From the human T2T-CHM13v2.0 reference genome, Homo sapiens, in the NCBI RefSeq assembly GCF_009914755.1, contig NC_060932.1: a stretch of DNA of 64,000 nt. One strand, given 5' to 3'. Shown here piece by piece: positions 24,281-40,274 of the stretch. Made by a program: the position numbers and the translations under genes. The notes under the pieces were generated by a model. That model was not told the origin of the DNA and ran no database searches. It saw only the letters and a list, made by a program, of their open reading frames with translations. Numbering within the stretch: position 1 is the first letter of the stretch; the number at the start of each line of letters is the position of its first letter.

Positions 24281-27209
24281 AAGAAACATTCAATAATGCA
24301 TTTCATTTCTTTTCTCTTTCTGGTGTTTGTACTATCCTTGTCATATATTCATCATAAACTCCGTAAGACATTAGTATAGTTTTTCTTTAAACAATAGATT
24401 ATCATATAAAGTAATTTAAAATACAAGAAAAACATCTTTTATATATGTATTTTTCTATTTTTGTGCTCATTTGCTATATCCTGATGGGACTATATTTGGT
24501 ATACACAAATTTTTCTCTGATATTTTCCTTTTACATTTCTTATAGTGCTGATGTACTAACAATGAGCTACCTTTGAATTCTCATATCTAAAAATGTCTTT
24601 ATTTTACCTATGGTTTTTGAAAGATAGTTCTTCTATGTTCAGACTTTTTTATGGACATGTTCTTTTTTTTTCATTCAGTACATAATAGATCTCCCATTGT
24701 TCAACAGCTTACATTGTTTCTCATGAGGTGAATGCTGTAATTAATTCTGAACTTTTTCCTCCTTTACTTTGGCTACTTTAAGATTTTCCCCTTATCTCTG
24801 GTTTTCAGCAGGTAGATTATGATATGCAATGGAGGCCCATGTGTGGACTTTGGTAGATGTAACATTCTGCAGTAGATTTTGTGTGCTTTTGAATGAATCA
24901 ATCAAAACAGCAGTAGTCATCAGCAGCAGTTTATTACAATAGCATGCCTGAAAACTGTTAGCCTCTCCTGTCTGTTTTTCCTCCATCCTTACGGAGACTT
25001 TTGTAAGCATCACATTTTCTATATTAAATCTTTACTTTCTGAAGTATCTAAAGTGCTTTTTAATTATGCCATGCTATTTTAATCTGTGACTTTTCCATCT
25101 CTGACTTTAAGAAAATATGTTTTTCCATCTTCACTTTCTTCTTTTACATGCATGTCAAATTCTTAGCCCTACTCAACTATCTTTGTTGATTAACTCTACT
25201 GACAAAAATAATGTGTACTTTCCTCTCCTTGATATTAATGTGCTCTTACCTAGACAGTTTATCATAACATTTTTTATAATATTTAACTTATATGTTTAAA
25301 TGGTTTTTTTTTCTATTCTACTCATTACTGATATCTTTAAAGGCAAATGTTTTTTATTAGCCTTTGTAGCCTGAGGCCTAGCATTATATTGAGTTATACT
25401 CAGTAAGCCTTTCTTTAAAAGATGAATGCATTAATGAAGAACCATAGAATGTCATAAACCTTCCCTAGATCACTTTTCTCAAAGTATATTATGTGAAAGG
25501 TCTATAGAAATCATGACCAAAAAAAAAAATGTCCTGGGGCCAAAAGTGTTTGGGAAATAATATATCACATAAAGCCAAAGAGAGTTATAGGTGCAGGTCT
25601 TTTCTGAAAGTTGCTGTACATCAAGAATTTCCTAAATGACCATGCAATTTGTAGTATTTGCCAAACTTTTTGATTATGGAAACATTTTCTTTAAGTGGTT
25701 TCATTGGCACTAGTAAATATTTGGGAAAATATTTAGGATTGTGAACCTCAAATCAATTTCACTGCATTCTCTCTGTCAAAACACTGCATAGGGTCAGCTT
25801 AGATTGAAGGGGAAAAATTAGATTTCACTTCACAACAGGAAAAGTAGCAAAGAATTTGCTATTGCAGCTGCCATAGCGTTACAAATTATGTACAGTCACC
25901 TTCAAAAGGCCTCTAAAACTTGTACGCATTATAACAAAAGTTTCAGGCTCCAAGCCCAGGATTTTTTCATCTAATTTAGATTCAACTGTGCATAAAACTT
26001 CTTGAATGAAGCATACGTAGTGTGGTTTCTCTTGATCTGAATATATTGGTCTAAACAGACAAGTAATCTGCTCTCTTAACATTAATTAATGGGCCATTAA
26101 TACTACCATTTAATTTGGAGGGTAAAGAACAGGTGTCATGTAACAGTCACTCATCTAAAGTATTTTTGAAATTCAACTTTGTGCAGGTCACCTGTTCCTT
26201 GTTAAATGCTCAGTTTTGCCTCCTGAAAGCTGTTTTCTGTGGCACTTGGCTCCACCACTGGGCTTTTTACTCTGCTCTCAGACATTTGGTTATATACTCT
26301 GTCATGCTTGCTTTTTGGTAGGAAAGCAAAAAGGAACTATATTTGCAACTGAACACCTCTCAGTCTGCTTCCTATTCATATAAGTTTAAATGTCTAAAGG
26401 TTCTTTTCATTTTGAACTGTCTCTTTTCCCTTTTTAAAAAATATCCAAGCAGATTTTGCTTTTGCCAGTTCAATTCTCTTCAAACTTTGTGGGTTTCTTA
26501 TGAGATTTATTGTGATTCATTCCACTGGACAAAAAGTACATCTATATATTTCTTCCAGACAAGCCTCTTTTTGAAATTAAGACTAGGAGTGAGAGTGCTA
26601 TATAATTATGGTCTTAAGATTATTAGGAGACCTCTTGTCAACTTCAGAGACATTACCAGCATACCCTTAAATTTCTCTGAAGTTTTACCTTCTCACCTTT
26701 AAGATAATCTTCCCCTTGGGTCTCTTTTTTACTTTGAGAGGCTTTGCAATCTGGAGAGGCTGGTGATTAGGAAGAGTTTTATTTTTGAACACAATATGTC
26801 CTGTAGCCTTTATATTCATCAAAATTCTGCTTGAAAACTGATGTTCCTTATATCACATTTTTCCCTATTCATCCTTTACTATATGTTCTTAAAGGAAATC
26901 AGTTGGTACGTTCAACATTTTGTCTGAAAAATGTCCTTACTGAGTCTCCTAGTTCATTAGGTTCATTTTCTATTTTTCTCATTGCTGCTAGCCACACTTT
27001 CACTAAACTTTCTTCCATCACATAACAAAGTTTATCCTTTTACCAGATCCCATTACTAATTTATTTTGTATTCTTCCAACTCCAACCTCCACCCCATCAC
27101 ACATTATCAACTGGATCAACACTATCTGGTGTCACATGTTGCATGGTCCCAAAGCTAGTCCCACCTGTTTTATGCTGTTGTTATAATAGCTCCTCACTTC
27201 TGTTAACAA

Positions 27210-27730
27210 ATTCCATTCCAGTTATCTATTTTTCATAACCTACCATCCCAAACTTATTAGCTTAAAACAGAACCTTAATATTACTTACCATGATTCTAAG
27301 GATCAACTGGGGGCAGAGGGATGATTCTCCTGGGGTCTTTCATGTGTTTGTCATCAGATGTTGGCTGGAGCTCCAGTCATCTGAAGGTTGGACTGGGCTG
27401 GATGTCCATGATGGCTTATCACATGACTGGACATTAATTCTGACTGTGATCAATGACAACTCAGTTGGAGCTGTCAAAATGTCTTGAGCTTCTTACAGCA
27501 TCATACTTGGGTTCAAGGAGGAGGGTTCCAAGAACAACCATTTCAAGAGACCAAATGGAAAACTCAAAGGCAACTTTAATCCTACCCTTGAATGAATGAA
27601 TGAATCTTATGTAGCTTCATTTCTATTGAATTGTGTTGGCCAAAATAAGTCACAAATCCAGCTCAGACTGAGGAAATAGACTCTTCCTTTCAATGGGAGG
27701 AGTAGCAAATTTGTATTTTGCAATTTACTT
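27210..27730. mobile_element. MLT1-type MaLR LTR (adjacent 26600-27200 is possibly MLT internal)
   Basis: GCTTAAAACA, GGCTGGAGCTCCAGTCATCTGAAGG and AATAGACTCTTCCTTTCAATGGGAGGAG resemble MLT1 LTRs. Confidence 0.6.
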
Positions 27731-28060
27731 CATTCAGAATCTTGAGTCCTATACTCAGTTTTAGTTCCCCACCTATTAGCTTTGCGCCCTATACAGATTT
27801 CCTCATGTTTTCATGTTGAGGAAGAAAAAGAGTACTAGATATGAAACTGCCTTACACACTGTAGTAGGAAAAGCAAAAAGACATTATGTATTCCTATAAT
27901 CCTATTATCCCTTCTCTTTGAAAATCAGGTTGAACAACATTTCCCATATGTGAAAAGTCCTTTCCTTTTTACTTTTATGTAGCTTTTTTCTGAGCTCCTA
28001 AAATAATTAAAAATTATTGAACTCACAATTATTGAATATCTTAAGAATTGAGTGATGTTA

Positions 28061-28452
<392 letters not shown>

Positions 28453-31400
28453 CTAAAATAAAATGGTATAAAATATTGATATAAATAAGTCCAACTTTAG
28501 GGGAATCTTACTTAATTCTGTTTTCGGACATTGGGACATTGCTTGCATTTTTGTCAATTTACCAACATGAATTTTCTGAGAGCCAAATTTTCTGAGAGCC
28601 CATAATAGTTAAGACAAAGCCTCTAAAGAGACTGTTCAATGAGTGGTTGAAGGCAAATTCCTAAGCCATGCAGAGAGGCATTCTGGGTAATCCAGTATGG
28701 GCTGAGGAAGGCATTTCGTGCACTTGTCTCCAGCACTGCTGATTTATCCACCTGTTGCCCCACTCAGTGACAATACTGCCTTTAGGGAAAGTTCTAAATT
28801 TCAAAGAGACCTTGCCTTATGCAAAAGTACAGTGGGCGGAGTCTTACATGGAATGACTTGAGGGGTGACTCAAGGTCTCCACCTGTTCCCAGATATCTGC
28901 TCTAGTAAGTGTCATAACATCAACCTTTGTATTTCACCCAAATTTACAACGTTAGTCACTTTTTCCAGTTAGGCAACAAAGGTGGAGACATTGTTTTCAG
29001 AATGCTTTCATAAATTAAATGTGTATTCAACACAGCTTTCTCTCTATCTCTAGCATAGTAGAACAAATTTATTTATCAGATTATTTGTCATACCTTGGAA
29101 GGTATGAAACAGCCTGTGTTATAATGGAATTGTACATAGAATAGTGAATTTTCAATAAAAGACATAGGGAGATTAAAAGGATAATACATAGCTACACTTA
29201 TGTATTCATAATAGAGAAATGTCTAAGATACGTCTTCATCAGAAAATATTTTGTTTCATTTAGACAGAGTCAAGCTTCAGGAAATTCACATTTTAAAAAA
29301 GTTTCCCAAATACTTCTGATACACGTCGAAGGTTGAGAACACTAGTTTAGTTATATGCTTTCCAATGATGTAATATGATAAGGGAGGTAGAATTTGGGGA
29401 AAATATCTGTAAATGAATTAGAATGCCTTTTCTTTTGTACATATCAATTGCTCCATCTGGGCTTTTGACATTCGCTGTATAGCAGACATATACCAAATGT
29501 TTTATTCTCCATTCTAATCTCCTATCATTTACCAACATGGATCTTTCCTTCTGGACATCTGGAACTACTTGTATTTGCTCAAATACATTTTGCTGTTTTA
29601 TGCCTCTATGCTTTTGCTATGTTTTTCCTACTTCCTGGTATTCTTTTTTTCTCATCTTATTTGTGTTGCTGACCTTCATTTATCCTTCAAAATTTCACTC
29701 AAGCATCACCTCTCTCAGGATGCCTTCCCTGATTTGGATAATTTTTTACCCTTCTTCTTTTTTTTTTTCATTCTACAGTTTTCAAAATTTCACAAATCTA
29801 AGAAAAGTGAATACATACAAAACCTCTGAAAGATTTTGAGCAAAGATAATATTTTCTCAGTGCAATGAAGATACTCTCATATAAACATGTGTAGTTACCT
29901 GGGCTGTAGAAACATTTTCAAAGGGAATAATTTTAAAAATCAAAGGTACCTCTCCAGGAAACATGACTACAGAAGTACACACAGAATAAACTAGGACTGC
30001 TGCCCACAGGATTTTATAATAAAAAGATGGAACAAATTGGAGATGTGTATTTAAAATTGCTTTTTCCAAAGAGCTTCATTTTCCAAATTAGCCATTTCCC
30101 TACATTTTCTTTCATTTCATATTGTAAACTTCGGGATTCTGAATAGAGGAAGGAGAAAATACCTTAGGCTGGAGGAAGAAGCAAAATGTATTTACTAAAA
30201 AATTGTTGGAGTAGTACTTTAAAAAGAAATCTTCCCAAACTCTCCATTCAGAATTAATCATGTCTCTTCGAGACAAAGTAATATGGTGATGAATTGCACA
30301 GACTTTCGTGTTTGTGCCCTTGGTTCGACTTATTTTGTTTATTTCACATGTATTTACTCAGTGCCTACGGTGTACTAGGGGTATCAAAAATATTCTCTTT
30401 ACTCATGAAATATTTGATCTTCCATTTCCTACTCATAAAATAAATATTATAATAGTACTTATCTCATAGAGGTTTTGTGCATATTAAATGAGATAATGCC
30501 TGCATACGTTTCCTATTCTGCATTTAGTTTAGATCTCACTTTCTCTGGGAAGTCTTTTCTGACCCCAGTCCATCTGGGTTGGAAAGTGCTTTTATGCTCC
30601 CATAGAATATTTATTTACCCACCTTGGCTCTTACTTTCTCACTGTAATTGAACATTTGCCTGCAGGTATTCCTAACAGACCACAAGATATGCAAAACTAG
30701 TTTTTCTGTTCCCTTGTCAGTCTCTGTAATCGCATTTGTTACGTCTTTAAATCACTTAAATCAGAGTTTGCAATTATATAATTACTCGTGTAATATCCTC
30801 ATGTTCCACCTCACACACTATTCATTGTGAAAATGAGCTTATTTTCCTTACCAATGGTAAAATGAAGAATTGACACCTATAGTCATTCGAACCACAGTTT
30901 GTGAATAAACAAATATAATATCAGTAAATGGATTTCAAGAACTGGTCTGATTTTATTAGGCTTTAGCAACTGCCATATAAACCTGTCCAACAAAAGTTTG
31001 AGAGTGGAATTGAAAGTGGAGAAAAAATTGTGAAGCAAGGATGGTCCTAGGAAACAGCAGAGGAGCTGGGAATGAGAAGAAGAACTAACGCACTACCACA
31101 GATACTTCTCCATTTGCAACTAAAATACTTAAAAAACGGTAGGTGATAACTGAAGACACTAAACAAAACAGTATTTGAAGAGGAAAGATGAGAAAGGGAA
31201 GTGGGACAAAAAGAATAGAGGTGCATGACTAGGGGCACAGGCAAAGGAAAGGGGTGGTTGTGTGAGGTGCATAAAAGATATACTATACCTACTTCTGCAG
31301 TTGTTTTTCAAGACATATAGCCCCACACCCTACCCAGTTAGAAATGGAAGCAGAACAGATGGGGAGTGTCATCTGAACCACAATGTCTGAAGGGAATCTT

Positions 31401-32073
31401 GTGTGTCAAGCATCATGGCAACTCCCAGCCCAACCTATGAATTTGAGAACCAGCACTTCTGAGTGGGTGACAGCACTTGTCTAGGATACATGCCTTCTTG
31501 TGAGCCGACTTAGCTATGCAGCAAACTTAAACAGAATTCCTACTTTCTTTTACATTTTTGGGTAGTTAGATTTTGTTTCGCATATTGCCAGTTCTCCAAT
31601 AATTGTCACTACCACTAATGCCACATATTTCAGAATTATAATATTTAATGTGGTACCTACTTTGGTATACATTATATCTCATAATCATTATTAAATAGTA
31701 TCCCAGATCTAAAGCACTGCATTGTCTAAGATACAACAGATAGTGAGGAACTGCTATTTGGAACAAGTCGTTAAGCTGTCAAACACCAGCATCTGTATCT
31801 CTCTGTATCCCATGAAGAAGTTGTGTTATTAATTGTTTTAATTATAAAATTAAATTGTTTCTAATTTTGCGGGCTTGCAGTGGAGGGTTGGGCCTATAGC
31901 AGGGAAAAAGGCTCTTTTCAATATAGACTTTAAATAAGAAATAATCGTTAGGGCAAAAGGACTTTAAAGCTACTGTCCTATTGCTAACTCTGCAGAGGAT
32001 TGCTGCATAGAGGCTGGAAGAGGGGATCTTTGAGCCCACAGAGAAGAAAAGGAAGCAAGCACTCATCAAATGA

Positions 32074-32430
<357 letters not shown>

Positions 32431-32821
32431 AGACTTCATATTTAATGACTTTTTTTCTTTTAAAAGCAAGCTCTTTGTTAAAACAGAGATTTACACGTAT
32501 GACCTTGGAGCAAGAGCAGTCATTATAACAGACTAAGCAACATGGAATAGGAACTAAACAGGACACACAGAGGAGGACCCTATTGGAGTCCAAACATGCT
32601 TGGTCATTCTGGGTAAATGTCAGAGCCCTGTTGAAAAACTAGTGACTAACACCATACTCTTGTGTCACTCAATGTGCCTCTTCAAACATAATTTACTCCA
32701 AAATGTTTCTTCACAGATAAAAACCTATAGAGGCACTCACAAATGCCCATGGATATAAAAACTGCATTGTGGAAAAAAATAGACTCAATTTGGTAAAACT
32801 CATAGTATTTGTTCATAATTA

Positions 32822-33255
<434 letters not shown>

Positions 33256-34432
33256 TCACAATGCAATTGCCACAAATGAGGATGATTTTAAAATACAAAA
33301 CCATGTATTGCAAAGTAAGAAAATAAGATGATATATCAGCCTATTAAGGACAGATCTTTATAAAACTGTTCAAAAGTGTAAACTTCTTGATGTTGTATTG
33401 TCATAGTCTTCCAAGTAGATGCTTCACAACCAGACTGCTCCTACAGTTGGAAAGAACTGGTAAAAAGCAAGCAACCAATCAACCAAATAAACAAAAACTT
33501 ACATATTGTGTGAATGAGGCTCATTATAGCTTGGGTGTGCTGTTTTACACAACCATGCTGGCCATAAAGGTTTCTAGTCTGGTAGATCTTTTTTTTTCTT
33601 ATTGAGAAGGTTTGTCTTTTCTGTAGAATATAAAGCAGAGCAGCTCAGATGGCCAGTGAAGTTTCTTTGAAAGGCAGCCAAGTGAAGGTTGGGGCATGTC
33701 CATGCCCCTGTTGGGTGGCTCTTTTAAATCGTTATGCTATATATATACTTTAAAGATCGAGGCTGACAAAATAGCCTCCAGGACTGAGGGTACTTTGTAC
33801 ATATTGTGTCAGATGTCTGGGAGAGGTAGCTGATTGTTTACTTTTGAATTGCTTTCCCTCTGAGGGAAGCGTGAGTTAACATTACGGCATTCCTTGGGGA
33901 GGGGTGCCAAGCTGCGGACATCCTTTAGGGTAACCTTTCCACTGAAGGAACAGCATTGCTTTTATATGGCTAGTAAATCTGAGATTTGAATCTGGAAGGA
34001 TGGTAGTACCACGGCTTTAACAAACCAAGTAAGTGGATTATTCTGAAACAAGTTAAACCATACGCAAAGTTATCACCAGCTCATTTTGCTGTCATAAAAA
34101 GCAGTTCACAGTAGAAGAAATATTAAATATTCCAGAAATGTATGTAGTAAAGATGAAGGTAGAAGAAAAAAATTAACAAAACATGTTATATCACATCAGA
34201 ACCTGTGATAGAGTAAAAGGAATAGTAAAGAGGAATAATGATCTGGTTTATGAGCATTTTATTTTCCTAGGAGGATTAAAAAAAGTCTTCCTAGTGTTTT
34301 CCTAATATGAAATTTCTCAATATCACTGAAGTTTATATTACTAGTTAAGAACGAAGAGGCCTTTTTTTTCTCCCAGGGTGCGTATTTTATACATATTCTA
34401 TATTTAATTGAATTTAATTTCCTGGAATTTTA

Positions 34433-34445
34433 GGTCACTGTGACC
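34433..34445. promoter_or_regulatory. Perfect estrogen response element GGTCAnnnTGACC
   Basis: AGGTCACTGTGACCA in apparently non-repeat sequence; motif only, function not shown. Confidence 0.5.
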
Positions 34446-37400
34446 AGTAATATGAAAATAATCTCCTTTTGATTATGGTATGTGTATAAACCAACTAAAC
34501 CAATATTCTTATATTAATCTATTTGCATAATTGAGGTGATTGCCTCTATGTCTGTTATAATCTCATAATCAATAATTTCCCTATCATGATCAAACATTGA
34601 ATCTATTTAAATATATCTAATCCAAAACCACATCCCCATTTTATCATGTTGGCAATACTCTTCACTCTGCTTATGAAATTCCAACAGTTATCAGAAGGAT
34701 TTGTAGATTGGGGCATAGTATAAATACATAAAAGTAAGAAAATAAGTATACTAAGTATTACTTTTGCACTAACCTATTGTAATACCTGGTTTCCATTTGC
34801 TTTACATTATAACTTTTCTCCTTGATTAAATATGAAAGTTAAGACCTTTATTTCTATTCAAATTTATTATTTGTTTTCTTATCTCAATGTGATCCCTTTA
34901 GAAACAATACCAGATTTTACTTACTACATTTTATAAGTCATTGAGTGTCACAGTCTCTGCAAATAATTCCACTTCTATGTTAAAGGAACTGGCAAGAAGA
35001 AGACTAATGAAGGCAAAATTTTCTAATAGGTTTAACTGCTAAATTTATCCTCTTTCTTTTCAGTTTTAGTTTCTTTGCCTGAAATAAAAATGAAAAGCCC
35101 AATTAAAGTTGAACATCATTGCCACTTAACATGGAAAGACAGATCCTATAATCTTCTCAAGTCTAAAAATAGTTTCCACAAAAAAGAGCTAGGTACAGCC
35201 CCTTTTGAGGGCCAGTTGTGCCCCGACTTACAACCATCATAACATTTACATAATTGTATTGTTTATATTGTTGCTGTTTGTTTATTTTGCTTTCTTATTT
35301 TTGTCTTCTAGACCATAGCATCTTGGAGCAAGATCAATATTGTAATACTCTTAGAACCTCCATCCCTACTGACTGTATTAGCAGTATCTGCTGATAAAAC
35401 AGATTTTGAATGACCATGTAAGCTCTTAAGGAATATGGCCAAAGAATATGAGAAATCTTGAAATGGTGACTTATGTGAAGCAAAGATTTTGGTCATAGTT
35501 TTTACCTTATAGATATCTGGCATTGTTGGAATGAATTCATTAAGTTTACCAGGACAAGACTTTGTAAATATATCAAAGATGACTTTTTAAACAAGTACAC
35601 ATTCCTGTTTTAAATCCCAATTTAGGAAATGTTAACTTTTCATAAGCCTTGCATAGACTCAGTGAGGTGGAGCCAACTAAGAGCGATAGGGGGTCAGTGG
35701 AAGGAAAGGAAATCTTTCCTGGGACCACTGTAGCACAACAGAAGATGCTTATGTATCAGAAGATAGAGGAGATTCAGGGTGGGATTACTCTTAGAAAGAA
35801 AATTCATATTGTGTATGTTAGGAAAACATGATGATTTTATGATGGCTGAGTATTAGACCCATTATTAGTAGACCACTAGATATGCACTACTAGAATGATT
35901 TTATTATCGCTTTAGTATTCTAAATTTAGTATTTCTCTTTAGTATTCTATTTCTAGGCTAAGACCCTGAAACTTCACTCTTGAAAGAAAATACTATCTTA
36001 AAAAATATCAGAGGGATTGTCTTAAGAAATTAACCGTTTAATGTTCCAAAGTTTTGCTTTAGCCATTCAGGACCCCACTCCACCCTCATGTCATAGCATG
36101 AGCAACATGCTCATCTGGTTCTTCTCTATCCCTTCACTTACTCTTATTGACCCATGTCACACAGCACATTCTTCTTTATCTAAGTGATTCCGAATTTATA
36201 TGCTCATATCGTTGTTCCTTTGCTCCCATATTTTCTTTCCCCTGGTCCATCAAGAATACTCTGCATCCTTTGCTTTAAAAGACAGTCTTATGCAGGGGGA
36301 GACAGAAGCTCTCTCTTGCACTCCTGTGAACCACAGGCAGCCCTCCCTTGGTACCTGTTCAATATGAGATCCTCAAAACCCTTGATACGACAAACATATT
36401 TTCTGTAACATGTAACTGCACAAGATATTTTTTTCCTTAAGTCTGTTTTCTTTCTTTTCTAGACATTTGTTATCTAAATAATGACAGAATACTTTGATTA
36501 TGAGTGTATACACAGGGATATGTTGTCAAGAGTCTAATTCCTGCTCTCAAATATAGGACATGTGCAATTTAAAAAAAGATTTAAAAAATCTTTTAAATTT
36601 AAACAAGTATTTTATTTGTTTAGAAGTAATGGTAATGACTTAATGAAGAAAACACAAGACACAAGACTAAAAAAAATTGTGCTTGACAATAGTTATGTAA
36701 ATAAGATGCCAATTACCTGTTTATTTTAATACATGTTAATATTATTGACATTTTAGCTACCTTGGATGATTTAATGTAGAGATGTTCTTTTTAGAAAGAA
36801 TAGAAATATATATGAAATGTTCCATTTTGGGGAACTAAGTATTATCTCTTGGTACTGTTTGTGTACCTTACTGAGAAAGAGATTTTTGTCATTATAATTA
36901 CTGTCATTAAAAAGTAAAATATAAACGGGCCATTCTTAAAAAGCAAATACAATTCACTTAGATAACAAATCAGATAAATTTAATCATGAATATTTGCATT
37001 ACAAAAGGATACAACTTCACACAAGAAAAGATTAGCTGCTGAGTTTCTTTAAATAGTCCACTTCTCAGAGTTTTAAAAATATAGTTGGATGTATTTAAAA
37101 ACCGATTAGCTTTTCAGGAACATATCATTCTGTAAAGTGAGGTGAATCTGTAGATTCCCACACTTTATTACTTATCAAGCTGCTTATATTTACTCTGTTG
37201 GTCTATTTAGGTTTAGAAGGAGTAAAGTGATAAACGCTATTGCAGATTTTTTCAGAGGGTTGAAAGAATACATTTTTGTAAGGCAGAGTTCAGTAAATGC
37301 AAAAGCCACCAGATCTTTAAAGAGAACTTCAAACCATGCCAAACCTTCATGAAACTCCATCGAATCAAACATGAAAGTACATTACCTAGAGAAATATTAT

Positions 37401-37631
37401 TTCTTGGTTAGTTGTGTATGACAGTGTAAGAGATCAGCTAAAAGCAAATATATTTTTTCTCTTTCTGACAGATAGGGAGACAGCAAGGAAAAATGAAAGA
37501 GTGCTGCCCGAAGCAGTACCCAAAGCAGTAACTTTTATGTCTCCTTTCATGTCATCCAGGCAGCTGGATTAACTTATCTCTCTAATCACAGTGTTGAATA
37601 AAATACCATTGCAGCAATTAAGAAACGATAC

Positions 37632-37875
37632 TCCGAGGCAGGGGAACTGCTTGAAGCCAGGAGTTCGAGACCTGCCTGGGCAACATAGAGAGACAGGAGT
37701 CTCTACAAAAAAAATAAAAAAATAGCCAGGCATGGTGATGAATACCGGTAGTCCCAGGTACTTGGGAAGCTGAGATGGGAGGATGGCTTGAGGTCAGGAG
37801 TTGTAGGCTGCAGTGAATTATGATTGCATGTTGGTGCCACTGTATCATCTGTGCCTGGGCCACAAAGCAAAACCC
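37632..37875 (+). mobile_element. 5'-truncated AluJ-like
   Basis: CAGGAGTTCGAGACC...GGGAGGATGGCTTGAG...GCTGCAGTGA. Confidence 0.85.
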
Positions 37876-37889
37876 TGGAAATACAGAAA

Positions 37890-38097
37890 TAGAGAAAGGG
37901 AGAGAAGGAAGGAAGGAGGGAAGGAAGGAAGGAAGGAAGGAAGGAAGAGAAGGAAGGAAGGGAGAAAGGAAAGAAGGAAGAGAGGAAGGAAGGAACAGAG
38001 GAAGGAAGGGAGGGAGGGAAGAAGGAAAGAAAAAAGGAAAAAAAGGAAGGAAAGAAAGAAAGAGAAATAGAGACAGAAAGAAAGAAAGAGAAAGAGA
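37890..38097. repeat. (GGAA)n/(GAAA)n purine microsatellite
   Basis: Includes 7 consecutive GGAA at 37919-37946. Confidence 0.95.
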
Positions 38098-40274
38098 CAC
38101 TGGCTGTCTTTTAAGAAAATAAACACAAATTCCATTGATTATCTTTGCTATAACATTCCTTTGGCAAAGGAAAGGATGAGGAAGGAGCAAGGTAATGGAC
38201 ATGGGAGGGGAAAAAGAGAATGATCCATGATACTCAAGGAACACATCCAGAGCCTCATAAAACTGAATTGGGAAAAAGCCACAGAAGATCAAAGAAGCAT
38301 AGTGAATTCATTCTAACAATTGTATTGCTTGGTCATATAGTTGTTACAATGTTAGAGCTGGAGAAGCCTATGATTTATAGTCTATAAATCTTTCTACAAA
38401 ACATTTCAAACCCGTACACTTCTTTCCATCTCCTCTGCCACCACTTGGCTCAAGTCATCTGTCAAGTGGATTATTTAGAGTCTCCTACCTGGTCCCTACA
38501 TCCATCTCTCTCCTCTCTTCAGTGTCAATTACATCATTTCCCAATTCCCAACTCTTAGCAAATTCATACAGCACCAACCCCAAAAACTAAGTATGGCCTG
38601 TGAGGCTCTGTGAGTTCGGCTTCAGTCTCCTTCTCCATGTTTCCTCTTCACTGCTGGGTGCTACAAGTGTGTGCTAAGGTAAATGGAATTTTCATATGTC
38701 CTTCCATTAGTTATAAATACTTCAGTCACAAGAGATGAAAGCAATCCTCAAAGTGGCTTAAACCAAATAATAATAACATTAATGGCATAATAACATAACA
38801 GAACAGTACTGATGCAGTCTTCAGGAATGGTACAGTTCAGAGATTCCATTGATGTTGTCCTAGCCTGGTCACTCTCTATCTCTTGTATCTCTCTTAGTTC
38901 ATGTTGACCCCATTATCAGGTTCCATGTGGTGTCCAAATGGCACCAGCAGTTTCAAGCCAGTATCCTCACAGTGACAAACCAAAAGAAAAATAAAGGTCT
39001 CTTCTCAGGAGATTTCACACAGCTTCCAAGATGAGCTCATTACTTACCCAACCATATAACTGCCTTCATCCCAGGAAATATTGTTAGGGGGCCTTGGAAC
39101 ACTGATTGGCCAGAACAGAGTCCCATGTTCCACCACTGAGAGCAGCACAAGAGACCTACCCAAACTCATGAACTGAAATTTTGTGCAGGGTTCAAAGACT
39201 AAATGCTAGGCAGGCAAAAATACTCTGACACGAGAAAAGAAAGTGTTCTGTCATACAAACGAATGAGAATGATAAAGATATTCTGCCATAAGATATAGGG
39301 AAGTTAAGCCCTAGAAACTAAATATGGAGTTTGAAGATTTCCCTAAGAAATGATAAAAACACCAGAGAACTCAAAGAGTAACAGGAGAGATGCACTAGAG
39401 CTGGGAAATAGCTAATATGCCGCAAGCGTTAGCGAAAGAGTTTATACTATTACCAAAACATTAGTTGTTTGCTTTTAAGATTAAAAAAATTAGTGGATGT
39501 ATTTATGAGGCAACATATTTTCCATTTTGTCATAAATTCAGTGGGAAGAGAGATTTCACCTTAATATCAAGTTTTCAGGAATGCATCTTTTCCATTAATT
39601 GAAGAGTACCTCTATAAAAACTAGTTTGTAGAAATGTTGGTTCTAGAATGTGCGAGATGCTGAGTCTTTCACTGTGGAAAGTCTGTTTTTATTTTTGCTA
39701 TTGCTTTACACTGCAATGAATACTTAAATAAGTAAATAAATTTTGCTAAATAAGACAAATAGAAATTATCCATAAAGAGAGGATAATAGCATTCCATTTC
39801 CTAGGGCATGATGAGACCAGTGAATGATCACAGTTCTCATATGGATCATCATTCCCATTCTCAGTTAATTCAGTAAAAAAAATAGTTTCAATAACATCAG
39901 TGCAAGCACTTTCTTCAGAAAGGCAGCACCACTGCCACTGATCAAGGCTTTGACTCTCTGCTTCTTTAATATATGACAGCAGCAGGGAAACTTGGCAAAT
40001 TACTGACACAGGTTAGATGCTTGCTGAGAGGCAATACTTCAGTCTGGTCATTTATTTGTTTTATCTGAGCTGGTTCTTTAATAGTCTTTGCTAAGATACT
40101 TGATTGATACCCATAATCAGGATTAGTTCTGATGTTTCTGAGTCTTCAAGAATAGTGGTAGTCAGTATGATAAGATTAAATATATCCTTTTGTAGGGTAT
40201 GTCTCATAATGGAAAACTATTCACCTTTACAAGAATGAGATATGTTTATGTGTGCATATTTTAGAGACAGTTAT

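Noticed and set aside
37618-38292. 224-aa ORF and overlapping K/E/R-rich ORFs
   Set aside because: Translation of a purine microsatellite plus Alu
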